From Woeseiaceae bacterium (GTDB taxonomy: Bacteria > Pseudomonadota > Gammaproteobacteria > Steroidobacterales > Woeseiaceae), in assembly GCA_041559075.1 (NCBI GenBank), contig JBFFEB010000009.1, positions 1,450 through 65,449 on the forward strand: 64,000 nt of DNA, in the 5' to 3' direction. The notes under the pieces were generated by a model. The model saw only the letters and a list, made by a program, of their open reading frames with translations. It ran no database searches and was not told the origin of the DNA. The position numbers and the translations under genes were made by a program. Below are positions 41,427 through 50,831 of this stretch, piece by piece. How positions within the stretch are numbered: the first letter of the stretch is position 1; every line of letters begins with the position of its first letter.

Positions 41427-42641
41427 ATGGAAACACCGTCGAATCGGAAGAAGACTGCGCTGGTGCTGCCTGGCGGCGGGGCGCGCGGGGCGTTCCAGGT
41501 CGGCGTGCTGAAGGCGATCGCCGAGATCGTGCCGCGGGGCTCCGTCAATCCGTTCGGGATAATCAGCGGGACTTCCGCCGGCGCGATCAATTCCATCGTA
41601 CTGGCGGCAAAGGCGCGCCGATTCCGCGTGGCGATCGCGGAACTGGAACGGGTCTGGGGCCACTTCAGGAGCCACCACGTCTACCGTACCGACAATCTGG
41701 CGATGCTGAAGAGCAGCATGCAGTGGCTGGGCGCACTGGTGACCGGCGGCATGGTGGTGCGCATACCGAAGTCCCTGCTCGACAATTCACCGCTGCGCAC
41801 GTTGCTGGGCCGGAATATTCGATTCGCGCGAATTGAGCACGGCATCGAACAGGGCTGGCTGAGTGCCGTCAGCGTTACCGCGGCGGGTTACAGTTCGGCG
41901 AAGTCAACCTCGTTTTTCGAGGCTTCGCGCGACCACAAGGAATGGTCGCACACACGCCGCTGCGGCGTCCGCAGCCGCATCAATCTCGATCATCTGATGG
42001 CGAGTATCGCGGTGCCTATGATCTTCCCGCCGGTCCGAATCGGCAACGAGTACTTCGGGGACGGCGCGATGCGGCAGGCGACGCCATTGAGTCCGGCGGT
42101 GCGCCTCGGCGCCGACCGTATTCTCGTGATAGGCGTGCGCAACGAATTGACCGATGGCTCCAGCGACCCAGTAGCGCCGGCTGCGTATCCCAGTGTTGCG
42201 GAGATAGTGGGTTATACGCTGGATACCCTGTTCATGGATGGCCTGTACTCCGACCTCGAACGGTTGAGCAGTGTGAACCAGCTCATCGACTCGGTGCCCG
42301 TGGAACACCGCGGTCACAAACTGTCACGGATGCGGCCGATCGACACGATGGTGATCGTGCCCAGCGAGGACCTTCGTGTACTTGCGCACCGTTACCGTGA
42401 GGCCTTGCCGATTGCGCTACGCACGCTCTTGTGGGGTATCAGCGGGCGCGGCCGGGGAGAAGGCCGCTTGCTCAGCTACCTGATGTTCGAACAGGCCTAC
42501 ACACGTGAACTGATCGAACTCGGCTACCGGGACGCGATGCGCGTGCGCGACCAGCTGCTGGAGTTCGTTACGGGCAGGGAAGTGCCGCGACTGTTTGCGC
42601 CGCCCTGGGTGGAAGAGGATCTCGACATCCTGCATCCCTGA
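41427..42641 (+). CDS. patatin-like phospholipase
   Basis: ORF 41379..42641 trimmed to the ATG at 41427. The oxyanion motif is LVLPGGGARGAFQVG, the nucleophile motif is GTSAGAIN (GxSxG), and the catalytic Asp is in FGDGAM. Confidence 0.85.
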   Translation: METPSNRKKTALVLPGGGARGAFQVGVLKAIAEIVPRGSVNPFGIISGTSAGAINSIVLAAKARRFRVAIAELERVWGHFRSHHVYRTDNLAMLKSSMQWLGALVTGGMVVRIPKSLLDNSPLRTLLGRNIRFARIEHGIEQGWLSAVSVTAAGYSSAKSTSFFEASRDHKEWSHTRRCGVRSRINLDHLMASIAVPMIFPPVRIGNEYFGDGAMRQATPLSPAVRLGADRILVIGVRNELTDGSSDPVAPAAYPSVAEIVGYTLDTLFMDGLYSDLERLSSVNQLIDSVPVEHRGHKLSRMRPIDTMVIVPSEDLRVLAHRYREALPIALRTLLWGISGRGRGEGRLLSYLMFEQAYTRELIELGYRDAMRVRDQLLEFVTGREVPRLFAPPWVEEDLDILHP

Positions 42642-42670
42642 GTGCTGGCAGGCTGCCAGCTGGCGTCACG

Positions 42671-44020
42671 TCAGAGCAGCAGCGCGGCTCCCAATCCGAG
42701 AAAGGTCATGTAGCCGACGACGTCGGTCACGGTGGTGAGCACGACTCCGCCGGCGATGGCTGGATCGATCCGCATTTGTTTCAACAGCAGTGGAATCCCG
42801 AAGCCGGAGAGAGCGGCCATGAACAGGTTGATGATCATGGCCGCGGCAATTACGCCGCCGATTCGCCAGTCGCCGAACCACAGGTAGGTGAACGTAGCGA
42901 CCACGATCGACCAGCCCACACCGTTCAGCAGGCCGACCGCGAGTTCCTTCTTGAGGATTCGCACGGCATTGGTCTTGTCCACCTGGCCGAGCGCCATTGC
43001 GCGGGTGATAATGACCAGGGACTGCGTTCCCGCAACGCCGCCCATGCTGGGCACGACAGGCATCAGGACCGCGAGCAGGACTATCTTGTCGATGGTGGAC
43101 TGAAACAGGTCGACCACCGAAGCTGCAAGAAACGCCGTGCCGAGGTTGATTCCGAGCCAGAGCGCACGGCGTCTCGCGCTTTTGAACACCGGTGCGAACA
43201 TGTCGTCTTCTTCGTCCAGGCCCGCGGCGCTCATCAGTGAGTGTTCCGCCTCTTCGCGGATGACGTCGACGACATCGTCGACCGTGATTCGACCCACCAC
43301 GCGGTAGTCGTCGTCAACCACCGGGGCAGACAGGAGATCGCGGTTCTCGAACTCCCACACAACCTGCTGCGACGGAGTATGTGCGGGGATTGGCAGCACG
43401 TCTGTAGACATGATGCTGGCCACCAGTGCATCCGGGTCGTGTGTGAGGAGTCGCGACAAGAACAGCGAGCCGACGTATCCGTTGTCGCGATTGACGACGA
43501 ATATCAGATCGGTGCCGTCAGGCATTTCACCGACCGCGCGCAGGTAGCGCGAAACGACTTCCAGCGTAACATCGGGACGCACGGTCACGATGTCGATATT
43601 CATCAGGCCACCGGCGGTGTCCTCATCGTAGGCAAGTACCTGCTGCAGGCGATCGTGGTCAGCCTTGTCCAGTGATTGCAAAACCTGCTTAGTGACGACT
43701 TCCGGCAGATCCACCAGCAGATCCGCGAGATCGTCGAAGTCCATCCCGGCGGTCGCGGCGATGAGTTCCTCAGTCTGCATACCTTCGACCAGACCGTCTC
43801 GGACTTCGTCGCTCAGCTCGACGAGAACGTCGCCCTCGTCGTCGGCCGCAACCATCTCCCAAAGAAGTGCCCGATCCTGCAGGGGCAGGGATTCGAGCAG
43901 GCGTGCGATCTCGGCGGGGCGCAGGCTGTGCACCATGAGTTTCGCGGAACGCAAGCGGCCGCTGTCGAGCTTCTCGCGCAACAGCTGCAAGTTGCCCTGG
44001 GTATGCTCTCTCGCTTCCAT
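42671..44020 (-). CDS. mgtE: magnesium transporter MgtE
   Basis: N-terminal domain plus tandem CBS plus a 5-TM C-terminal domain (...GGVAGTQSLVIITRAMALG..., ...DPAIAGGVVLTTVTDVVGY...). The start is uncertain: ATG at 44020, 44041 or 44065. Confidence 0.88.
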   Translation of the reverse strand: MEAREHTQGNLQLLREKLDSGRLRSAKLMVHSLRPAEIARLLESLPLQDRALLWEMVAADDEGDVLVELSDEVRDGLVEGMQTEELIAATAGMDFDDLADLLVDLPEVVTKQVLQSLDKADHDRLQQVLAYDEDTAGGLMNIDIVTVRPDVTLEVVSRYLRAVGEMPDGTDLIFVVNRDNGYVGSLFLSRLLTHDPDALVASIMSTDVLPIPAHTPSQQVVWEFENRDLLSAPVVDDDYRVVGRITVDDVVDVIREEAEHSLMSAAGLDEEDDMFAPVFKSARRRALWLGINLGTAFLAASVVDLFQSTIDKIVLLAVLMPVVPSMGGVAGTQSLVIITRAMALGQVDKTNAVRILKKELAVGLLNGVGWSIVVATFTYLWFGDWRIGGVIAAAMIINLFMAALSGFGIPLLLKQMRIDPAIAGGVVLTTVTDVVGYMTFLGLGAALLL

Positions 44021-44099
44021 GGATCCTGCCCCGACTGGCATACGGGCTCCGGGATGGGGCCGCACACGGCAGGAGTGTAACCGAAAACGGGCGGGGTTC

Positions 44100-44966
44100 T
44101 TACAGCTCCTTGTGGCGCGTGCTTACGGGGCCCGGCAGCTTCCGCAGGGAGGCGGCGAGTTTCTCCGCCATGTATACCGACCGGTGTTGCCCACCCGTGC
44201 AGCCGATTGCGACGGTAAGGAACCCACGGCTGGACTTCCGGTACTCTGGTATCCAGCGCTCAAGGAACGCCAGTATGTCGTCGTGCATCGTGGCGACTGA
44301 TTCCTGTGCGTCGAGGAATTCGACGACCTGCTCGTCCAGCCCCGTCAGGTGCCGGAGGTTGAGATCCCAGTATGGATTCGGAAGACATCTCAGGTCGAAA
44401 ACGAAGTCGGCGTCGGCCGGGATACCGTTCTTGTACCCGAACGATTCGATCAGCACCGACAGCGAAGCGGGCGGACGCCGGTCGACGCGGTCGCGGATGA
44501 TGTCGGCAAGTTCATATACGCTGGTTCGGGAGGTGTCGATGATCAGATCAGCCGAGTCGATGACCTCGGCCAGGATTTCCCGCTCTGCATCGATCGCGCC
44601 GCGCAGTTCTGCGCCGTGTGCCGCAAGCGGATGTCGCCTGCGGGTTTCGCTGTAACGCTTCAGCAGGACTTCATCGTCTGCGAGCACGAACAGAACATCC
44701 GTCTGGATGTTGTGTCGCCGGAACTCCTCGATCAGGCTCGGCAGAGACTGCAGGTCCGAGGGGCGATTGCGGGCGTCTATGCCGACGGCGATTCCGCGGC
44801 CGACTTCACTTGGACCGGAAGATACCTCCTCGACAACGCCCTTGAGGAGCCGCGCCGGAAGATTGTCGATGCAGTAATAGCCCAGATCCTCGAGCACATG
44901 AAGCGCAACTGTCTTTCCGGAACCGGAAAGTCCGCTAACTATAATCAGTCGCGTGCTGTCTGACAT
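44100..44966 (-). CDS. rapZ: RNase adapter protein RapZ (YhbJ)
   Basis: 288 aa: MSDSTRLIIVSGLSGSGKTVALHVLEDLGYYCIDNLP and the C-terminal CTGGQHRSV motif. Confidence 0.93.
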   Translation of the reverse strand: MSDSTRLIIVSGLSGSGKTVALHVLEDLGYYCIDNLPARLLKGVVEEVSSGPSEVGRGIAVGIDARNRPSDLQSLPSLIEEFRRHNIQTDVLFVLADDEVLLKRYSETRRRHPLAAHGAELRGAIDAEREILAEVIDSADLIIDTSRTSVYELADIIRDRVDRRPPASLSVLIESFGYKNGIPADADFVFDLRCLPNPYWDLNLRHLTGLDEQVVEFLDAQESVATMHDDILAFLERWIPEYRKSSRGFLTVAIGCTGGQHRSVYMAEKLAASLRKLPGPVSTRHKEL

Positions 44967-44994
44967 GCTCGGATTCTTACCGGCCGTCGGGCCG

Positions 44995-45510
44995 TCAATT
45001 ACCGTGTGCGGTTTTCAGTTCATCGGAACCGGACGCTTTGCCGGCTTCTATGAGTAACTTGTAGAGAGTGCTGCTCGATGTCGCTTTTCGCAGCTCCTGT
45101 CTCAGTCTCTCATCGCCGAGCAAGTCCGTGACCATGGCAATATCGGCGTGATGGCTGTCGGTGACATCCTGCGGCACCATCAACCCGAATACCAGGTCGA
45201 CCGGCTCGCCATCACTGGCGTCAAAGTCGATAGGCTCCGAAAGCTTGATCATTGCCGCGACACACCGGTCGATGCCGTCGACACGGCAACGTGGGAAGGC
45301 AACGCCGACGTCAAGGCCTGTACAACCGAGACGCTCGCGTTCGATGAGACTCTCGAAGATGTCGTCAACCGATATGTCGGGCTGCGTTCGAGCCAGGAGT
45401 TCACTCAGGATTTCCAGGCAGTGCTTCTTGCTGCGGGCGTGAGCGTTGCAGAGCACGGCGTCCCGATTGATGATGTCGTCCAGAAACATGGCTTGTTGTG
45501 ATTCTTGCAA
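44995..45510 (-). CDS. ptsN: PTS(Ntr) EIIA nitrogen-regulatory protein
   Basis: 171 aa. It contains ...AHARSKKHCLEILSELLA... and the phosphorylatable His context VAFPRCR (His replaced? see note: GVAFPRCRV aligns with the G.A.PH motif region). Its position between hpf and rapZ is conserved. TTG start at 45510, alternative ATG at 45489. Confidence 0.85.
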   Translation of the reverse strand: MQESQQAMFLDDIINRDAVLCNAHARSKKHCLEILSELLARTQPDISVDDIFESLIERERLGCTGLDVGVAFPRCRVDGIDRCVAAMIKLSEPIDFDASDGEPVDLVFGLMVPQDVTDSHHADIAMVTDLLGDERLRQELRKATSSSTLYKLLIEAGKASGSDELKTAHGN

Positions 45511-45545
45511 GTAATGCCGCGCCGCCTGCGAGGCGCGGCCTGATC

Positions 45546-45863
45546 TCAGAATCGCCTCTTGACCGCGTCTCTCGCGTGGTGGTTGACCAGCTTTTCCTTG
45601 TGCTTCTTCACGCGCCGGTCGAGTTTGTCTACGAGGCCGTCGATCGCAGCGTACATGTCCTCCTCGGTATTGTCGGCATAGATCGTCCCGCCGTTAACTT
45701 TGACCTTGGCTTCCGCCTTGTGCCGCAGTTTCTCCACCGTAAGAATACAATGAACGTCTGACACCATGTCGAAATGTCGCTCGAGGCGTTCGATCTTGGA
45801 CTCTACGTAACCTCTCATTGCTTCTGTGATTTCAACGTGGTGGCCCGAGACATTGAGTTGCAT
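45546..45863 (-). CDS. hpf: ribosome hibernation promoting factor (sigma-54 modulation protein family)
   Basis: 105 aa: MQLNVSGHHVEITEAMRGYVESKIERLERHF..., immediately downstream of rpoN. Confidence 0.93.
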   Translation of the reverse strand: MQLNVSGHHVEITEAMRGYVESKIERLERHFDMVSDVHCILTVEKLRHKAEAKVKVNGGTIYADNTEEDMYAAIDGLVDKLDRRVKKHKEKLVNHHARDAVKRRF

Positions 45864-45906
45864 AGTCTTCTCCTGCGATTAATTACGAAGTCACTTCCTT
45901 GTGTTT

Positions 45907-47301
45907 TTATCGCGCCGGTCGCTGGCGACGCTCACTCGATGACGCAATATTCATGGCTTCACGGTACTTCGCGACCGTGCGCCTCGCAACCTTTATACCT
46001 TCGTCCTCGAGCAAGCTCGCGATCTTGCTGTCACTCAAGGGTTTCGTGGGATTTTCAGCACCTATGAGCTTGCGGATTTTCGCACGCACCGACGTAGATG
46101 ACTGGTCTTCACCATCCGCTGTCGCGAGGTGGCTCGAGAAGAAATATTTGAATTCGAAGACGCCGCGTGGCGTGTGCATGTACTTGCTCGTGGTCACGCG
46201 TGAAATCGTCGACTCGTGCATACCGATCTCGTCCGCGACGTCGCGCAACACCATCGGCTTCATTGCTTCGTCACCATGCTCGAGGAAATCTGTCTGCCGC
46301 TTCACGATGCAGGTGGCGACCTTGAGCAAAGTCTCGTTGCGAATCTCGAGGCTGCGGATCAGCCAGCGTGCCTCCTGCAGCTGGGTTCGCAAAACGGCGT
46401 GATCCCCGTTACCGCGAAGCAACTTCGCGTATTGCTGGTTGACCGACAGCTTGGGTACGCCGGTGGGGCTGATCTCGACCTGCCAGCGATTGTCCACCTT
46501 GCGTACGAACACATCGGGGATGACATACTCCGCGGCGGCCGGACTCACGGTCTGGCCGGGCCGTGGATTGCAGCCGCGGATCAGTGCAAGCGCGTCGTGC
46601 AGAGCCTCCTCAGAGGTCCGCAAGCTGCGGCGCAGCTCGCCATACTCACGCGTGGCAACGAGGTCGAGGTGGTGTTTCGCGAGTTCGAACGCCAGTTCCA
46701 GGCCCGGCGTTTCCCGATCGAGCTGTTTCAACTGCAACGTAATGCATTCCGACAAGCAGCGAGCGCCAATGCCCGCGGGATCGAACCGTTGTACTTTTGC
46801 GAGCACTGCCTCGATCTCATCGTAGCGCACGCCGGTTTCGGGCTGGAGGTAGTCACCGATCTCATTGAGCCCGATCGTCAGATAACCGTCATCGTTGATC
46901 GCGTCGATGATTGCTTCACCGATCAGCGCTTCCCGCGGCGAGATCTGTTCCATCTCGAGCTGCCAGAGCAGGTGTTCGCGAAGGGTCTGCCCGGACTCGT
47001 CGGCAAACTCGCTGATAGGACGGCCTTCGCCGTTCCAGCCGCCGTCCTGGATTTGACGCTCGGCGCGAGCCTGCCACTGGTCTTCCGCGCGTATGGCTTC
47101 GATCTCCGCCGTCGATTCGTCGCTCGTCTTCGGGACGTCCGGCAGGTCCTCCATCTCCAGCATGATGTTCTCTTCGAGCGCATCCTGTATCTGGGCGTTC
47201 AGGTCGAGAACGGGCAGCTGCAGCAGGCGGATGGCCTGCTGTAATTGCGGCGTCATTGTGAGTGTCTGACCGAGTTTTAGCTGCAGAGAAGGTTTTAGCA
47301 T
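45907..47301 (-). CDS. rpoN: RNA polymerase sigma-54 factor
   Basis: ORF 45907..47346 trimmed to the ATG at 47301: MLKPSLQLKLGQTLTMTPQLQQAIRLLQL. The C-terminal RpoN box ARRTVAKYRE is present. Confidence 0.95.
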   Translation of the reverse strand: MLKPSLQLKLGQTLTMTPQLQQAIRLLQLPVLDLNAQIQDALEENIMLEMEDLPDVPKTSDESTAEIEAIRAEDQWQARAERQIQDGGWNGEGRPISEFADESGQTLREHLLWQLEMEQISPREALIGEAIIDAINDDGYLTIGLNEIGDYLQPETGVRYDEIEAVLAKVQRFDPAGIGARCLSECITLQLKQLDRETPGLELAFELAKHHLDLVATREYGELRRSLRTSEEALHDALALIRGCNPRPGQTVSPAAAEYVIPDVFVRKVDNRWQVEISPTGVPKLSVNQQYAKLLRGNGDHAVLRTQLQEARWLIRSLEIRNETLLKVATCIVKRQTDFLEHGDEAMKPMVLRDVADEIGMHESTISRVTTSKYMHTPRGVFEFKYFFSSHLATADGEDQSSTSVRAKIRKLIGAENPTKPLSDSKIASLLEDEGIKVARRTVAKYREAMNIASSSERRQRPAR

Positions 47302-47305
47302 TGCC

Positions 47306-48031
47306 TCAGAGTTTGAACTCCTGTCCGAGATATACCTCACGGACATGCTGGTTTTCGAGGATCTCTTCCGGCGTACCCGAAGCGATCAGACTGCCATCAC
47401 TGAGTATATAGGCTCTCCCGCAAATTCCGAGGGTTTCCCTCACATTATGGTCCGTAATCAGGACACCGATATCCCGAGCGCACAAGTGCTTGATTATTCG
47501 CTGAATATCCAGAACGGAGATCGGGTCGACGCCGGCAAAGGGCTCGTCGAGCAGCACAAACAATGGGTTAGCCGCGAGCGCCCGGGCGATCTCGACGCGC
47601 CGCCGCTCGCCACCCGACAGGCTGATGCCCAGGCTGCCGCGGACGTGTCCGACGTGGAGCTCGTCCAGGAGCTTTTCGAGTTCTTCTTCGCGGCCGGCAC
47701 GGTCCAGATCGTTGCGGTTCTCGAGTATTCCGAGGATGTTCTGTTCGACCGTGAGCTTGCGGAATATGGACGCTTCCTGCGGCAAGTAGCCGAGTCCCAT
47801 GCGGGCACGCCGGTGCATCGGCAGCGCCGTCAGGTCGTGGCCGTCCAGCAGGATCTTGCCTTCGTCCGCCGGGATCAGGCCCACTATCATGTAGAAGGCG
47901 GTCGTCTTGCCCGCGCCGTTCGGTCCGAGCAGTCCGACGACCTCTCCGCTCTTGATTTCGACGGAGAGTGTCTTGACCACTTTGCGGAGTTTGTAGCTCT
48001 TCGAGATATCGTGGACACTGAGGATACTCAT
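47306..48031 (-). CDS. lptB: LPS export ABC transporter ATP-binding protein
   Basis: 241 aa: [32 protein letters not shown]. Confidence 0.95.
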   Translation of the reverse strand: MSILSVHDISKSYKLRKVVKTLSVEIKSGEVVGLLGPNGAGKTTAFYMIVGLIPADEGKILLDGHDLTALPMHRRARMGLGYLPQEASIFRKLTVEQNILGILENRNDLDRAGREEELEKLLDELHVGHVRGSLGISLSGGERRRVEIARALAANPLFVLLDEPFAGVDPISVLDIQRIIKHLCARDIGVLITDHNVRETLGICGRAYILSDGSLIASGTPEEILENQHVREVYLGQEFKL

Positions 48032-48687
48032 TGTCCGTTGTCTCCCGGCCCTCGCTCGTCGGTTTCATCCGGCGCCTCGGGTTGTCGTGGCTGACCGGCT
48101 TCGTCTTTCGGCGTGTACGTAATCCGAACCTTGCCATCATCGGCCGGCGAACCCTGCGCATTGATTCGCTGTTCGACGATGTTGTAAATCAGGTAGTCGG
48201 ACGCGATCTGGTTGCCGCCTTCCGTGATGACGGCCTCTCCCGAGAACTCGATGGTGCCGGCAAGCAGGTCGTAGCGCAGTTTGCCGGCCTCGGCGTACGT
48301 CGTTTCCTCGCTGCCAGGCCGCTTGAGTTCGAAGGTCGCCGGGCTTCCAGCGATCGTGGCGAGCGTCAGCTGGTGACTGGTGAACTGCAGGTCGGCCGTG
48401 TCGCATTCGATGTGGCCGTTTTCGACGTCAATGACGACGCTGCCCGCGAATTGCCAGACACTGTCCTCGAAATTGAGGTTGCTCGCCCGTCCTTCCTCTG
48501 CCTCGATACCGATCGTTCCCTGGGTCATGCGTAAGCCGCGGAACATCAGCATCGAGTTCTTGCCGTCATACGCAGTTGAATCGGCGTCTAGCGAGATGGG
48601 CAGCCGCAGGTCTGTGATCTGCGCAGCCGCGGCAACGGGCAGCAGGGACAGGACGGCGACGAGTCTTACAAAGGTTTCTCTACGCAT
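48028..48687 (-). CDS. lptA: LPS transport periplasmic protein LptA (OstA-like), with an extended C-terminal tail
   Basis: 219 aa. The signal peptide is [23 protein letters not shown], followed by an OstA_N beta-jellyroll region and then an acidic/Pro-rich tail [26 protein letters not shown]. There is an ATGA overlap with lptB. Confidence 0.85.
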   Translation of the reverse strand: MRRETFVRLVAVLSLLPVAAAAQITDLRLPISLDADSTAYDGKNSMLMFRGLRMTQGTIGIEAEEGRASNLNFEDSVWQFAGSVVIDVENGHIECDTADLQFTSHQLTLATIAGSPATFELKRPGSEETTYAEAGKLRYDLLAGTIEFSGEAVITEGGNQIASDYLIYNIVEQRINAQGSPADDGKVRITYTPKDEAGQPRQPEAPDETDERGPGDNGQ

Positions 48688-48690
48688 AGG

Positions 48691-49248
48691 TCAGGGCACG
48701 AATTTCCCGCTGACGTTCGACTTCAGCTCCAGTCGATTGTCGTTCAACGATGCTAGCATGCCCGTTGCTGTCAGGCTGCGTGTTCCGATGCGGATTTGCA
48801 CACGTTCGTCTGTTTCCGCGACATAACGTTGCGGATCGAGTTCCAGGTATTGGGTCCGGATCTCGGTATCACTCTCGGAGAATCCCTGCGAGCTGACTGC
48901 CCTGACGTGTCCTCGCAACTGCACTCGCTGCTCGATCGGCAGAATCGTCGCGCTATCCGCTTTCACCGTCCATGGCACTTCCGTTTCGGGCGAGTAATCG
49001 AGGCGGACCTCGGTGAACTCGATGCTGCCGTCGAGCTGTTCCTCGGCATGCTGCGCGCGAATCTCGTACAGGAGGCTACCGTCGGGCCCCGTTCCCAGTA
49101 TCCGTGCAGATTTCAGGTAAAAGCCACGGTGCACGGGGTCGACGTTGCGCGTGCCACTGTCCTGGTCAGCGCGTATTCTCGCAAGGTACCAGCTGCCGAT
49201 GGCCGCGGCGAGCAGTAGGCTGAACAGCAACAGGTTGCGCGCGCTCAC
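48691..49248 (-). CDS. lptC: LPS export system protein LptC
   Basis: ORF 48691..49338 trimmed to the GTG at 49248, which overlaps the kdsC stop as GTGA. (M)SARNLLLFSLLLAAAIGSWYLA is a single N-terminal TM helix. Size and position fit LptC. Confidence 0.8.
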   Translation of the reverse strand: MSARNLLLFSLLLAAAIGSWYLARIRADQDSGTRNVDPVHRGFYLKSARILGTGPDGSLLYEIRAQHAEEQLDGSIEFTEVRLDYSPETEVPWTVKADSATILPIEQRVQLRGHVRAVSSQGFSESDTEIRTQYLELDPQRYVAETDERVQIRIGTRSLTATGMLASLNDNRLELKSNVSGKFVP

Positions 49249-49754
49249 GCGCCGGCTTCCGGCCTGGCTGCGAGCACGAGATCGCAAATTTCTCGGACGG
49301 CCCCATGACCGCCGGCAGCCATCGTCGTGTAGTCGCAAAAGTCGCGGACCACCTCCACGGCGTTGGCAACGGCGATCGAGTACCCGACTTTCTCCAGCAG
49401 CAGCAGATCGGGAACATCGTCACCCGCGTAGGCGCATTCGGATGCTTCGATGCCGAGACTCGCTATCAATTCATCGAAAGCCGCAACCTTGTCGTCGGTG
49501 CCCAGTATGACGTGACGGACACCGAGCTCGGCCATGCGTTTCGCGGCCGCGGCGGAGCGGCGACCGCTGATCACGGCGACTTCGAAGCCGGCATCGATCA
49601 GACGGCGTATACCGAAGCCGTCTTGGGTGTTGAACGCCTTGGACTCGACGCCGGCGTCGGATAGATAGAGGCGGCCGTCAGTGAACACGCCGTCGACGTC
49701 GAAGGCGACCATGCGCAGTTCCGCGAGTCGATTGTGGGTAGCCGCCGAATTCAC
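49245..49754 (-). CDS. kdsC: 3-deoxy-D-manno-octulosonate 8-phosphate phosphatase
   Basis: 169 aa HAD-IIIA protein: VAFDVDGVFTDGRLY and GDDVPDL. Confidence 0.9.
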   Translation of the reverse strand: MNSAATHNRLAELRMVAFDVDGVFTDGRLYLSDAGVESKAFNTQDGFGIRRLIDAGFEVAVISGRRSAAAAKRMAELGVRHVILGTDDKVAAFDELIASLGIEASECAYAGDDVPDLLLLEKVGYSIAVANAVEVVRDFCDYTTMAAGGHGAVREICDLVLAARPEAGA

Positions 49755-50734
49755 ATGATGCCTGCGCGAAACAGATCGTGGATGTTGAGAGCCCCGATTA
49801 GCCGACTGTGGTCGTCGGCGACCAGCAACGAGGTTATCTTGTTTTCCTCGAGGACGTGCACGGCTTCCGCCGCAAGGATGTCCTCAGTCGTCGTCTTGCA
49901 GTTGCCGTGCATGACTTCGGCCATCGATGTCTTGTGTACATCGGCGCCGGCGTCGAGTGCCCGGCGCAGGTCGCCGTCCGTAAAGATGCCGAGGATACGC
50001 CGGTCGTCGTCAACCACGGCGGTCATGCCGAGGCCTTTCTGCGTCATTTCCATCAGGCCATCGCGCAGCCTGACTCCCGGTCCGACCGCGGGAACATCTT
50101 CGCCGGTACGCATCACGTCGCCGACGCGCAGCAACAACCGCTTGCCGAGGCTGCCGCTCGGATGCGATCTTGCAAAGTCCTCTGCCGTGAAGCCCCTGTT
50201 CTTCAGGAGCGCCACGGCGAGAGCATCGCCCATGGCCAGCATTGCTGTCGTGCTGGCCGTCGGTGCCAGGTTCAGCGGGCAGGCTTCTTCCGACACCGCG
50301 ACATCGAGGTGAACGTCCGCGATCCGCGCAAGCGTCGATCGCGGATTGCCAGTCATCGACACGAGTTTTGCACCCATGCGCTTGACGAGCGGCAGAATAG
50401 TGACAACTTCCTCGGTTTCACCCGAATAGGAGATGGCGAGCACCAGATCCTGTTCCGTAATCATCCCGAGATCGCCGTGGCTGGCTTCCGCGGGGTGCAT
50501 GAAAAAGGCGGGCGTACCGGTGCTCGCGAGCGTCGCGGCAATCTTGGATGATATATGGCCGGATTTTCCCATTCCTGTCACGACGACCCGGCCAGGCGTG
50601 TCGCAGATCAGTCTGCAGGCAGCCGCAAATGCTGCGTCGAGCCGCGCGCGCAACGAATCGACGGCGCGTGCCTCGATTTCCAGCACCTCGCGCGCGAGAG
50701 CGATCAATTCGTCGTTGTTCAGGTTTTCGGACAC
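49751..50734 (-). CDS. kdsD: arabinose-5-phosphate isomerase (SIS plus tandem CBS)
   Basis: 327 aa: VVVTGMGKSGHISSKIAATLASTGTPAFFMHPAEASHGDLG and a C-terminal CBS pair. Confidence 0.93.
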   Translation of the reverse strand: MSENLNNDELIALAREVLEIEARAVDSLRARLDAAFAAACRLICDTPGRVVVTGMGKSGHISSKIAATLASTGTPAFFMHPAEASHGDLGMITEQDLVLAISYSGETEEVVTILPLVKRMGAKLVSMTGNPRSTLARIADVHLDVAVSEEACPLNLAPTASTTAMLAMGDALAVALLKNRGFTAEDFARSHPSGSLGKRLLLRVGDVMRTGEDVPAVGPGVRLRDGLMEMTQKGLGMTAVVDDDRRILGIFTDGDLRRALDAGADVHKTSMAEVMHGNCKTTTEDILAAEAVHVLEENKITSLLVADDHSRLIGALNIHDLFRAGIM

Positions 50735-50831
50735 AGGCTTCTCTGGGCTCCCGGCCGCTGGCTGGGCCTGGCACCTATTCTAAACCTTTTGTGCCTGAAC
50801 ATAGCCAACGGCGGCGGCACGCGCGGGCGGC

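Noticed and set aside
36301-42641. The idea that acylase, MoxR-VWA, Bcp and patatin form one defence or toxin island.
   Set aside because: The genes are on mixed strands with separate starts. No mobile-element hallmarks, tRNA or att-like repeats, or compositional break are visible by eye. No sensor, cyclase, nuclease or immunity genes are present. Only the MoxR-VWA pair is clearly a unit.
42644-42660. Short hairpin GCTGGC-aggct-GCCAGC between the convergent patatin and mgtE genes, considered as a terminator.
   Set aside because: It has only a 6-bp stem and no flanking U/A tracts on either strand, which is too weak to call.
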